Positions 8,154 through 16,702 of a stretch of DNA of 64,000 nt are shown here, one piece after another (position 1 is the stretch's first letter; each line of letters starts with the position of its first letter). Position numbers and translations under genes: made by a program. The stretch covers positions 289,136 through 353,135 of the forward strand of contig CAWBSL010000003.1 of the NCBI GenBank assembly GCA_963791435.1, read 5' to 3'. The notes under the pieces were generated by a model that saw nothing but the letters and a program-made list of their open reading frames with translations, was not told the DNA's origin and searched no databases. Source of the stretch: Candidatus Dormiibacterota bacterium (GTDB lineage: Bacteria; Chloroflexota; Dormibacteria; Aeolococcales; Aeolococcaceae).

Positions 8154-9953
8154 ATGAGGCTGTGCTGGACGTCTGCGCCCACATCGATAGCGCTAATGTT
8201 AGCGACCAGCATCGGGCTGGGGTTTGTCCCCGTTGCCTACGCCTTGCTAACGCGGGTAATCATTAACTCATTGGTCGGGCATCAAAGCGTGCCGACCATC
8301 CTCGGAATCGCAGGCCTCGCCATCACGACGGCCGCACTATTGATTTTAGCTCCACTCACTAGTTACGCCGTCGCTGAGTTGAATCGCAAGCTCGAGGTCG
8401 GCATGCAGGGTGACCTGTTTGCTGCGGTAGGACAACTGTATGACCTACGGCTATTGGAGAGCCCGAGATTCCTGGATCGATTGCGTCTCGCCCAGCAGGC
8501 GGGACTGAGTGCGCCGGCCCAGGTAGTTGCAGGTTGCCTGGCGACCGTCCAGAGCGGGGTCACGCTGATTGGCTTCGTAGCTGCGTTGGCGGTACTGGAT
8601 CCGTGGATCGCCGTACTCGTGGTCGGCAGTGGTATTCCGGCGATTGTCGCTGAGCTCCGCCTAGGCACATCACGTGCTGAGATGTATCTGCGCGTTAGCC
8701 CCTTTCGGCGTCGGATTCTTGGCTATATCTCGCTCTTGGTTGACCCGAATGCCGCTCAGGAGGTCCAAGCGTTCGGACTTGGCTCTCTTCTGAGGGAGCG
8801 ACTGCTGCGAGCGATTGATCACGCGACGCGGGCTGAACGTACCCAGGATCGACGTGAGGTACGGACGCGCACAGTGCTGGCATGCATTGCCGCTGCCGCA
8901 AGCGTCGCGAGCCTCAGTTTGGTAGCAGTGGGTGCGCTGCATGGGCAATTTAACGTCGGAGATGTCGCGATCGTGCTCGCGGCGCTTTCCACACTCCAAC
9001 TCAGCCTCTCCGGACTGGTTGCACAATTCGGTCAGATGAGTGGAGCATTGCGAATGCTCGACCACTATCGTGCCGTGATCGCCTCCGCAACGGAAGCGAC
9101 CAGCGGTACGAGCCGAGACGCTGGAAAGGCGCAGGTTGGTATTGGACGGCTGCGCCGCGGCGTGGAGTTGCGTGGCGTCTCTTTTCGGTATGACGAGAGT
9201 CAGCCCTGGGTTCTGCAAGATGTGGATCTGTTCATTCCATTCAACGCATCGTTGGCGCTCGTCGGTCCAAACGGATCCGGTAAGAGCACGATTGTCAAGT
9301 TGCTTTGCCGCTTCTACGATCCCACCCGTGGTGCAGTACTATGGGATGGCGTGGATTTGCGCGAGCTACCCGTCGTCGCTCTGCGTCGCCAAGTCAGTCT
9401 AGTTCTCCAGGATCCGGTTATGTACGATCTCAATGCAAGCGAGAACATTGGCGTTGGGAACGTGGCGTTACTCGCCGATCGAGACGCAATACGCCGAGCT
9501 GCCGATCTGGCCGACATCGACGACGTCCTCGCTCATTTACCTCACGGGTATGACACCCTCCTCAGCCGCCTTTTCTTCGATGATGCGGCTTCGGACGTTG
9601 GAATCGTCCTCTCGGCCGGACAAGCACAACGTTTGGCGATTGCCCGCGCCTTGATGCGCACCGATGCGGACCTGCTCATCATGGACGAGCCAAGCTCGTC
9701 GTTAGATGCCCAGGCGGAGCACCTTCTGCAAGAGCGCCTCAGTCAACTGCGTGGCGGTCGAGCCACGCTCTTGATCTCGCATCGGTTGAGTTCCGTTCGG
9801 GCTGCTGCTCAGATCGTTGTCCTGGACGGTGGCCGGGTCGTGGAAGTGGGTAGCCACCAACAGCTTCTGGAGGTCGGCGGGATGTATGCGGAACTCTTCC
9901 AACTCCAAGCGGCTGGATATGCAGATCTCACCCTGCCCCTCCGATCAAGTTGA
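8154..9953 (+). CDS. ABC exporter, fused 6-TM permease plus ATPase, no C39 peptidase domain; putative peptide exporter
   Basis: Walker A GPNGSGKST, signature LSAGQAQRLAIARAL, Walker B LLIMDEPSSSLD, H-loop ISHRL; N-terminal half hydrophobic. An alternative in-frame start at 8100 overlaps the upstream gene by 29 nt. Confidence 0.8.
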   Translation: MRLCWTSAPTSIALMLATSIGLGFVPVAYALLTRVIINSLVGHQSVPTILGIAGLAITTAALLILAPLTSYAVAELNRKLEVGMQGDLFAAVGQLYDLRLLESPRFLDRLRLAQQAGLSAPAQVVAGCLATVQSGVTLIGFVAALAVLDPWIAVLVVGSGIPAIVAELRLGTSRAEMYLRVSPFRRRILGYISLLVDPNAAQEVQAFGLGSLLRERLLRAIDHATRAERTQDRREVRTRTVLACIAAAASVASLSLVAVGALHGQFNVGDVAIVLAALSTLQLSLSGLVAQFGQMSGALRMLDHYRAVIASATEATSGTSRDAGKAQVGIGRLRRGVELRGVSFRYDESQPWVLQDVDLFIPFNASLALVGPNGSGKSTIVKLLCRFYDPTRGAVLWDGVDLRELPVVALRRQVSLVLQDPVMYDLNASENIGVGNVALLADRDAIRRAADLADIDDVLAHLPHGYDTLLSRLFFDDAASDVGIVLSAGQAQRLAIARALMRTDADLLIMDEPSSSLDAQAEHLLQERLSQLRGGRATLLISHRLSSVRAAAQIVVLDGGRVVEVGSHQQLLEVGGMYAELFQLQAAGYADLTLPLRSS

Positions 9954-9973
9954 GACGCCCACTGACCCGCGCT

Positions 9974-10444
9974 TCAGCGTTGTGCGCCTGTGCTGAGCCG
10001 GCGCACGACAACCCCCGTAATAAGGTCGCTCGCGATCGGACCCCACTGCTTGGAGTCCTGGCTCTCCGGATGATCGCCAACCACTACGATCGACTTTGTC
10101 GGGACGGTTGTGTGAGCAAACGTCGGATGGCCGCATACCACTTCTGATGGCATAGGAGCACCGCTTACTGCAACCAACCGCTTGACCATCCAGTCACCAG
10201 CAGTTGCGCCTGGGGGCAACTGCACCTGCGGTGGCGCTCGCAGGGTGATGATTGAGTTGACCCGGGCGCAGCGCCTGAGTCGGAGTACGAGAAGACGGTC
10301 GCCCGGCTGAAGCGCGGGAGCCATGCTCGATCCCACGACGCGAATCACAATGAATAGTCGCCGGAGCAGCCACCAGGAGAAGAGGAGGACTCCCGAAGTT
10401 CCGAGCCATAGAGTACCGCGGGCTCGGCTTCTGCGTCCCACCAC
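9974..10444 (-). CDS. type I signal peptidase (S26 family, short form)
   Basis: N-terminal TM, catalytic Ser box VVGSSMAP, Lys box WMVKRLVAVSG, box E VVVGDHPESQDSKQWG; 156 aa. Confidence 0.75.
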   Translation of the reverse strand: MVGRRSRARGTLWLGTSGVLLFSWWLLRRLFIVIRVVGSSMAPALQPGDRLLVLRLRRCARVNSIITLRAPPQVQLPPGATAGDWMVKRLVAVSGAPMPSEVVCGHPTFAHTTVPTKSIVVVGDHPESQDSKQWGPIASDLITGVVVRRLSTGAQR

Positions 10445-10558
10445 GTCGCCAGCTTACGTAGAAGGACAGGCTCACGTCTTGTGGTATAGAAACGTAGGTC
10501 TACTGTCTCCAGGCCCTTCGGGTCCGCGATACTGACGCTGCATTTTCGAGCGCGACGA

Positions 10559-13477
10559 CTACCACTGCGCGAGCTCGGGTGACATCCCCTGCCCGCGCTC
10601 GAACTCCAGGTGCGCATCGATCTCGGGGGTGAGCCAACCGGCGACGGCCCTGCCCTCAAGTTGGTCGGACGGCCCGCCATTGGCGTCCTCCGCGTCGATG
10701 CGGTCCACCGCGCGGGCGACAAAGTCGTGCGCGGCACCCTCGGACATGCCTGCCTCACGCAGCCAGGCCTCCGCCTGGTCGTAGACACGCTGAACCACCA
10801 GGCGGTCAATCTCCTCCCCGGCCTCAACCCGGGTCGCCTCCTGGGCCAGCTCGGATCCGCCGAGGATCTCGACCAGGGCGCGCTGTCGATCTGTGGCCAT
10901 CGCCTCGAGGGTGATCCGCTCGGTCGTCTCGTAGCGCTCCGGGTAGTCGAGCGCCAACTCCTTCAATTCGCTGCGGGTCCACGCCTGCACGGTCCGCTCC
11001 TCGGCCGATCGGCTTGTTTCTCTCCAGTGCTCGACGCCGAGCGTGTCCCGCTCCGGCGGCTTGGACACCTCGTAGTAGTGGGTGGCCAGGGTGGCGCGTG
11101 ACATCGCGGTGTACGCCCATTCCCGGGTGGCGCCCTCCGACCCCACCACCAGGGCGATGTCGGCGGTCATCCCCTGCGCCTTGTGCACGGTCAGCGCATA
11201 GCCGCGGTCGATGGCGTCGTAGTGATTGGTGTCGAGGGTCAGCTGGCGCTTGTCGGGACGTTCCAGGGTCAGCGTCTGGTGATCAACATCGACGGCGGTG
11301 ACCACGCCACGGGTACCGTTGCTGACTGCACCGCTGCGCTCGTTGGCGAGACAGATCACCCGGTCGCCCACCTGGTACTCCTTGTCCCCCACGGTGAGCG
11401 CCGGACCGTGGACTCTCCCCTCGGCCACCGACCGGGCGTGGGCCAGTTCGTTGAGGGCGGCCACCTCGTCACGACGCCGGGCGAGGATGACCGTGTCGAG
11501 ACCGCCGGCCTCGAGCCGGGCGTGATCCTCGATCACCTGGACTCGCCGCTCGGCCACTGAGTGGGCGTCATGGATGCGGTCGTAGCGCTCGTACTCGCGG
11601 TACGCCTCGCGCGCCTGACCGTCGCGGAGCAGCTGCAGGGTCGCCCGTTCCCAGTCGTAGTGCTGGCGGATGTTCTCGTGCAGCTCCACCCGGCCGATGT
11701 GATCGCTCAGGGTGCGCATCGGTGCACCCGCTTCGATGGGCTGGAGCTGGAAGGGATCGCCAACCACCACCAGCTTGGCCTCGTCGCGCGCCGCCAGCGA
11801 CACCAGCTCGGCGAGCTGGCGGTCACCGAGCATGCCGGCCTCATCGACCACGAGCACACCGCCGAAGGGCAGGCGCTCGACCTGGAGCTGATGGAGTGTC
11901 GCCGCCACGGTGGTCGAGGCGATGTCCGAGCCCTCCTCGAGGAGCTCGGCAGCGCGTCCTGCCAAAGCACAGCCGACCACCTCGACGCCGGAGGCATCAA
12001 ATGCTTCACGGCAGACCTCGAGCGCGTACGTCTTGCCCACCCCGGCGTCCCCTTCGATCACCAGCACGCCGGCGGGGCTGAGGCAGATCTCCTGGATCAT
12101 GGCCTTCTGGTCCGCGGTGAGCGTCCGACGCGTTGCCATCGCTGCCGCGACGGTGTCGGCGCGGGCCATCCCGACGTCCGCGCCGGCACGCGCTTGAGCA
12201 GACGCCACCATGCCGCGTTCCAGGGCGAGCATCTCCGGCGTGGTGTATCGGAGGTCGTGGCCGGTCTCGGTCCAGCGCAGCAGCGCCTCGGGCTCGGTCT
12301 CGCCCTGGCGCGGCCGGGGTGGCAGAGGCTGGACCGAGTCACGGTCGGCGAGGATCCAGTCGACCGTCAACTCAAGCTGCGCACGGCTCATGCCGAGGGG
12401 TGCGTGCGAGGCGACGGCGCGGATGAGATCGCGGCGCGTGAAGGTCGCCTGCCGGGCGGTGAGCCCGTGCACGCCGAGGATGTCCACCGAGCGCTGCACG
12501 TCGAGACGCCGCGGTTCGAGCGCACCGGGCTCACGCCGGAGCACGGCCTGCACTGTCTCGCCGTCGAGCCCGACGCTCGCGGCGCGCTCGTGCCATCGGG
12601 CGAAGAGATCCTCGGTAGCCGCAACCTCGTGCTTGCCCTCGCGGGTGTCGAGGGTGGCCACCTCGCGCCCGGAGCGTGTGGTGACGTCATACGCGGCCGC
12701 AGCGGCGTCGATCTGCAGCGACCTGCGCGAGAACTCGCGCCGCTGGGCATCCGTGATGCCAACAACCGAGAAGCAGCCCTTGCCGTCGACCACCGTGGAG
12801 ATGCCGAGCTCGCGGACGAGACGGTCGCGCCACTCCGCCTGGACGATGGCTCCGGCCGCCGCGGCGTGCTGGTACAGCGGTTCGCTGTGTAGCTGGCTCC
12901 AGCTCCCGTCGGGCCGCTGCACCCATGTCGGGACAGTGATGTGGGTGTGGAGCTGCGGGTCAACGGTGACGATGCCGGTGGCCGGATCAGTCACCGGGCG
13001 GGCGGTGCGATGCACGAACTCGGGCATGACCAGCTTGGCGCGCACCGCCTCGGTGGTCTTGGTGTCCGGGTTGTACTGGCGCGCCCAGCCGGCGTTGGCC
13101 TGGAGATATTCGGCGGCGGCCTGGACTCCCTCGCCGTGGATGCGCAGGATCATGGACCTGGTGCGCTCGTCACCGAGCGCGTAGAGGATGCTCACATCCT
13201 TGGGCGCTGACACGGTCACGTCGAAGGCGACGACCGTCTGTCTCCGCCAGTGTTTGCCGAGGTCCTCACCGGTGCGTGGATGTGTGCCGGCCAGCACTGC
13301 CGCAAAGTCGATGTCGGTCACCTCGCCGCGCAGACCCAACACTTCCGCACCGGGTCCTCTCCATCGTCCTGGTGACTCACCGCGGGCGGTGTAGTACTCG
13401 AGCTGCTGCTGCGCTACCGCATCGCGCAGATACCGCACCGCCTGCTCGACGCTGGTGAGCTTGCCGATGGAGATCAC
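10559..13477 (-). CDS. MobF-family relaxase/helicase (TrwC/TraA-like), 972 aa
   Basis: N-terminal relaxase domain with His-triad-like LHTHITVP; central RecD-like helicase Walker A LVIEGDAGVGKTY; the C-terminal third is specific to this element. Confidence 0.8.
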   Translation of the reverse strand: MISIGKLTSVEQAVRYLRDAVAQQQLEYYTARGESPGRWRGPGAEVLGLRGEVTDIDFAAVLAGTHPRTGEDLGKHWRRQTVVAFDVTVSAPKDVSILYALGDERTRSMILRIHGEGVQAAAEYLQANAGWARQYNPDTKTTEAVRAKLVMPEFVHRTARPVTDPATGIVTVDPQLHTHITVPTWVQRPDGSWSQLHSEPLYQHAAAAGAIVQAEWRDRLVRELGISTVVDGKGCFSVVGITDAQRREFSRRSLQIDAAAAAYDVTTRSGREVATLDTREGKHEVAATEDLFARWHERAASVGLDGETVQAVLRREPGALEPRRLDVQRSVDILGVHGLTARQATFTRRDLIRAVASHAPLGMSRAQLELTVDWILADRDSVQPLPPRPRQGETEPEALLRWTETGHDLRYTTPEMLALERGMVASAQARAGADVGMARADTVAAAMATRRTLTADQKAMIQEICLSPAGVLVIEGDAGVGKTYALEVCREAFDASGVEVVGCALAGRAAELLEEGSDIASTTVAATLHQLQVERLPFGGVLVVDEAGMLGDRQLAELVSLAARDEAKLVVVGDPFQLQPIEAGAPMRTLSDHIGRVELHENIRQHYDWERATLQLLRDGQAREAYREYERYDRIHDAHSVAERRVQVIEDHARLEAGGLDTVILARRRDEVAALNELAHARSVAEGRVHGPALTVGDKEYQVGDRVICLANERSGAVSNGTRGVVTAVDVDHQTLTLERPDKRQLTLDTNHYDAIDRGYALTVHKAQGMTADIALVVGSEGATREWAYTAMSRATLATHYYEVSKPPERDTLGVEHWRETSRSAEERTVQAWTRSELKELALDYPERYETTERITLEAMATDRQRALVEILGGSELAQEATRVEAGEEIDRLVVQRVYDQAEAWLREAGMSEGAAHDFVARAVDRIDAEDANGGPSDQLEGRAVAGWLTPEIDAHLEFERGQGMSPELAQW

Positions 13478-13870
13478 CGCGAAAACTCGCCCTGCACGAG
13501 CTTCAGCGTAGGGAGAAAACGCCTACGCAGCGCTTACATTCTCGGAACGTTTGATCTGGAAGAAATCAGCGATGCAACTGTGTGCGCTTCAGGGTCGTCG
13601 ATGCGTGTGCGCGAGGCAATGATGGCGGTGAGAACGGACGCGTGAAGCAGATATGCGTTTGTTGAAGGTGAGAGGAGATGGCCGGCAGACGGAGGACCGA
13701 AGTGATGACGAGGAGCACGCGGCGCTGCCGACGCGTCCGATCCCGCAGACTACCCGCCGACGCGGCTGCCCTACTGTCGCGGTGCCAGCAGCGCGGCCCG
13801 AATTCGCGCAGTTACCGACATGCGCGCCACCTGCAAGGCGCAGCTCACCAGCACGAGTGGACGCGGCGTT

Positions 13871-14008
13871 CGCGAATAGCGCGGTGCGCTCGAGCGGCGC
13901 AACGTTCGCGAATAGCGCGACGCTCGCGAAGAGCACGACGCGCGCGAATAGCGCGACGCTCGCGAATAGCGCGACGTTCGTGAATAGCGCGGTGGGCGCG
14001 AACCTCGC
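13871..14008. repeat. tandem iteron array, ~7 copies of an 18-bp unit (CGCGAATAGCGCGACGYT), upstream of the relaxase gene
   Basis: Units start at 13871, 13907, 13925, 13943, 13961, 13979 and 13997 with strict 18-bp phasing; copies degenerate at the edges. The ORFs 13653..14102, 13678..13983 and 13771..14106 are translation artefacts of the repeat. Confidence 0.8.
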
Positions 14009-14558
14009 GAAGTGCGCTGGACGCGCGACGTCTGCGGGAAGCGTGATGTGCGCTGGAATCGCGATGTGCGCGGAATTCGCGCGATCCGCACCATTCGCAT
14101 GATCACGTGGAAGGCGCGAGTGCCGCTAAGTAGCTTTCATCGTAGGAAGCGTGTCAACGTAGTGCGTACGCTCGCCGGGCGGATGCGTCCTGAGCTATCT
14201 GTCAGCCACGTCCTGGAGCCGCGGTGTCAAGGACTCGCGGACTTACCGAGCAGGCTTGCTGGTGTGCTGGTGTGCGGGAAAAGTGTAGGCGCTACGTAAG
14301 CAAATGCATGCCATGCTCGTGCCATGGATATCGCCGACGTGTCGCCGGGTACCGGCTATGTGCGCGGGAAGCCTCGCGCGGATCAGACGAAACTCCCTTG
14401 GGGTGCCGATGAGATGGTGTCGCCTCAAGGCACACAAGGGGCCTACGCTGACAGGGATGCACGAGGCCGACGAGGAACGCCCCCCACGCCAGCGCCATTG
14501 TTCGAGTTCGGCCACGCCGACACCTGTTGACATTCCGCCTGCATCGACACGCGCTCCG

Positions 14559-14720
14559 ATGCTGCTCACCGTTCGCGACCTGGAAGCTGAACTGCAACTC
14601 GGTCGCACACGCACCTACGAGCTGTTGCGCTCGGGCTCCATCCCCGTTATCCGCGTCGGACGCGCACTCCGCGTACCGCGCGATGCGCTGCGCCGCTGGG
14701 TAGACGAGCAGACCGCGTGA
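14559..14720 (+). CDS. xis: excisionase/helix-turn-helix DNA-binding protein (Xis family)
   Basis: 53 aa; MLLTVRDLEAELQLGRTRTYELLRSGSIPVIRVGRALRVPRDALRRWV is a typical MerR-like excisionase HTH; sits upstream of int. The ORF track places it inside a longer ORF starting at 14304. Confidence 0.65.
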   Translation: MLLTVRDLEAELQLGRTRTYELLRSGSIPVIRVGRALRVPRDALRRWVDEQTA

Positions 14721-14738
14721 CCCCGGGTTCGAGCCGCG

Positions 14739-14990
14739 TCAGCTCGCCGGTTGTACCGGTCGCACCGCGTCGTGAAGCCCCTCTGGATCGAGGTCTGCAC
14801 CGTTCGCCCACACCAGCGTGCCCAGCTCTGGATCCACGCTGACCCTGTTGAACTGAGCAATATCACGGAGCGGCTCGAACATCTCGCCCCAGAGCTCGTC
14901 GGCCAGGTCGATGTCGCCGACGACCCCGTCGCTGAACGTGAGCCGGAGCCTGTACTCACCGAGGCGCTCCACGCGCGTGACCTTGACCAT
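14739..14990 (-). CDS. DUF2442-family protein
   Basis: 83 aa; RLRLTFSDGVVGDIDL...ANGADLDPEGL pattern; paired with DUF4160 as is commonly seen. Confidence 0.5.
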   Translation of the reverse strand: MVKVTRVERLGEYRLRLTFSDGVVGDIDLADELWGEMFEPLRDIAQFNRVSVDPELGTLVWANGADLDPEGLHDAVRPVQPAS

Positions 14991-14999
14991 TTCCCAATC

Positions 15000-15269
15000 C
15001 TATGCGAGTGGCTCGATGGACGCCAGCGCCGTGCGCTCGATCACACGTTGCCAGTTGTCTCGCAGCTCCTGCTCGTGCAGGGCCGCCCATTCCATGACAT
15101 GCCCGAGCGCCCTCACCGGTAGCGAACCGTCAAGCACCACCAGCGGCTCGATTCCGATCGACGCTTCATGCTCCCCGTAGGTCGCGTGAAAGTGGGCCGC
15201 ATGGTGTTGCCCGCCGGTCTCCCAGTACATGGTGATGACGATGCCGTAGAAGGCGCTGATCCGCGGCAT
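15000..15269 (-). CDS. DUF4160-family protein
   Basis: 89 aa; MPRISAFYGIVITMYWE...HHAAHFHA motif; immediately upstream of the DUF2442 gene. Confidence 0.5.
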   Translation of the reverse strand: MPRISAFYGIVITMYWETGGQHHAAHFHATYGEHEASIGIEPLVVLDGSLPVRALGHVMEWAALHEQELRDNWQRVIERTALASIEPLA

Positions 15270-15270
15270 G

Positions 15271-16449
15271 TCAGCCCGTGGTGATCAGGCGGGTGAGCCG
15301 GTCGGCCGCGTCGTCGTGCAACTCCTGGAGGACGTCTGCGTACGTGTCGGCCGTGATGCCGATCGTGGAGTGTCCGAGCACAGTGCTGACCACCTTCAGC
15401 TCCGTCCCGCTCGCCAGCATCAGGGTCGCGGCGGCGTGGCGCAAATCGTGGAAGCGACGCACGATCAGGCCGGCTCGGCGAAGGCCGTTCTCGAAGCGAT
15501 GGGTCATCCCCGTCGGCTCCACCGGATGACCGGTGGGGCGCGTGAACACCAGCCCGGCGATCGGCTCGTGCCAGGCCGATCCGATGTGGAGGCGATCCTC
15601 ACGCTGGCGCTGTCGCTGGACTGCGAGCAGGTCGACCAGGGGATCGGGAATCCGCAACGTCCGCCGAGACCGCTTCGTCTTGGGCTCGAGGATTTTGAAG
15701 AGCACCTCCGGGTCGGATCGCTGGTCACGAGGGATGCGGTGCAGAGCGCCGGTGACGCGCAGCACCTTGCGCTCCAGGTCGACGTCGTCCCAGCGCAGTC
15801 CGAGGATCTCGCCCTGACGCATCCCGAGATACAGGGCCGTGCCCACGACCGCCTCGAGCTCGGTATCGCGAAAAGCGTCGAGGATCGCTCGGGCTTCCTC
15901 GGGGCGCACCGAGGCTGCCTTCGTCGCGGACACCTCGAGGGGCTCGGCCAGGGCTGCGGCGTTGCGAGCCACCGTGCCCCATCGCTGAGCGTCAGCTAGG
16001 GCCGAACGGAGCACCGCGCGAGCGTGGTTGACGGTTCGAGGCGCCAGGCCACCGGCGACCGCCTGCCGCATGGCGACGTTCACCTGCTGCGGGGTGAGTT
16101 GCGCCAGCTTGACCCTCCCCAGGAGAGGAATCAACTGGTACTTGATGAGGCTGCGGTACCGCCGCATGGTGGTCGGGCGGATGCTGGTCTGCCCCTCGAT
16201 CCAAGTGGCGAGAAAGTCGCCCACGGTCTGGCGGTCGGAGGCCGGTGCCACCCCGAGAGCGAGCCCGCGGATGGCCGCGTTCATCTTCGCGACCGCGTCG
16301 GCGCGGCTCTTGCCATACAGGCTGCGCCGGACCTGGCGGCCTCTCGCGTCAAAGCCGACCGTTACGCGCGCCTCCCACTGGCCCGGGCGTCGCTCTCGGA
16401 TCGTCCCTTCGCCAAGCCCTCGGCGCCTGCTCGTCACCCCTTCCTCCAA
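15271..16449 (-). CDS. int: site-specific tyrosine recombinase/integrase
   Basis: C-terminal catalytic region HDLRHAAATLMLASG...GHSTIGITADTYADVL (HxxR plus Tyr); N-terminal SAM-like domain; lies ~100 bp from the tRNA-Leu 3' end. Confidence 0.85.
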   Translation of the reverse strand: MEEGVTSRRRGLGEGTIRERRPGQWEARVTVGFDARGRQVRRSLYGKSRADAVAKMNAAIRGLALGVAPASDRQTVGDFLATWIEGQTSIRPTTMRRYRSLIKYQLIPLLGRVKLAQLTPQQVNVAMRQAVAGGLAPRTVNHARAVLRSALADAQRWGTVARNAAALAEPLEVSATKAASVRPEEARAILDAFRDTELEAVVGTALYLGMRQGEILGLRWDDVDLERKVLRVTGALHRIPRDQRSDPEVLFKILEPKTKRSRRTLRIPDPLVDLLAVQRQRQREDRLHIGSAWHEPIAGLVFTRPTGHPVEPTGMTHRFENGLRRAGLIVRRFHDLRHAAATLMLASGTELKVVSTVLGHSTIGITADTYADVLQELHDDAADRLTRLITTG

Positions 16450-16554
16450 ACGTCGGAATCTGTAGGGGTACTGTAGGGGTATTAGCGTCCTGACGTCAAC
16501 GGGCGGCTGGCTTCCGAGGCGCGCGAAATCCAGGATTTGTATTCAAAATCGGCC

Positions 16555-16607
16555 TGCCGGGAGAGGGAGTCGAACCCTCACGAGGTTGTCCTCGGCGGTT
16601 TTTGAGA
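16555..16607. repeat. attR: 53-bp direct repeat copy lying within tRNA-Leu(CAA)
   Basis: Identical to 2415..2467. Confidence 0.85.
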
Positions 16608-16637
16608 CCGCTGCGTCTACCATTCCGCCACCCCGGC
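16555..16637 (-). tRNA. tRNA-Leu (anticodon CAA), type II with long variable arm
   Basis: Reverse complement reads GCCGGGGTGGCGGAATGGTAGACGCAGCGGTCTCAAAACCGCCGAGGACAACCTCGTGAGGGTTCGACTCCCTCTCCCGGCA; cloverleaf with 7-bp acceptor stem including one G-U pair, CUCAAAA anticodon loop, long variable arm. Confidence 0.85.
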
Positions 16638-16702
16638 CAGATGGACAGCGTACCGGCTCTCATCGGGAACCGGAGCGCCAGTCTGCGCGTACTCTCAATT
16701 GC

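Larger units (their letters stand above)
2415..16607. mobile_element. integrative mobilizable element (~14.2 kb) in tRNA-Leu(CAA); int, xis, MobF relaxase, Cys-rich peptide/oxidative-folding/export cargo, FtsX-type ABC module
   Basis: Bounded by 53-bp direct repeats, one inside an intact tRNA; tyrosine integrase abuts the tRNA-proximal end; excisionase and relaxase present; no type IV secretion genes, so it is mobilizable rather than self-transmissible. Confidence 0.8.

Noticed and set aside
11561-13184. Long plus-strand ORFs (11561..12892, 12210..13184 and others) inside the relaxase gene
   Set aside because: Antisense or alternate-frame open frames typical of 70% GC DNA, Arg/Ala/Pro-rich with no motifs. 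The minus-strand 972-aa relaxase explains the region.
13653-14106. ORFs 13653..14102 (+), 13678..13983 (+) and 13771..14106 (-) with ANSATLANSAT-type repetitive translation
   Set aside because: They are translations of the 18-bp tandem DNA repeat and are non-coding. The array is not a CRISPR either, since it has no unique spacers and the units are contiguous.
16586-16702. 5' extension of the sigma-factor ORF across tRNA-Leu
   Set aside because: It would overlap the tRNA and attR by 52 nt. The conserved sigma region 2 begins after the internal ATG 16703.
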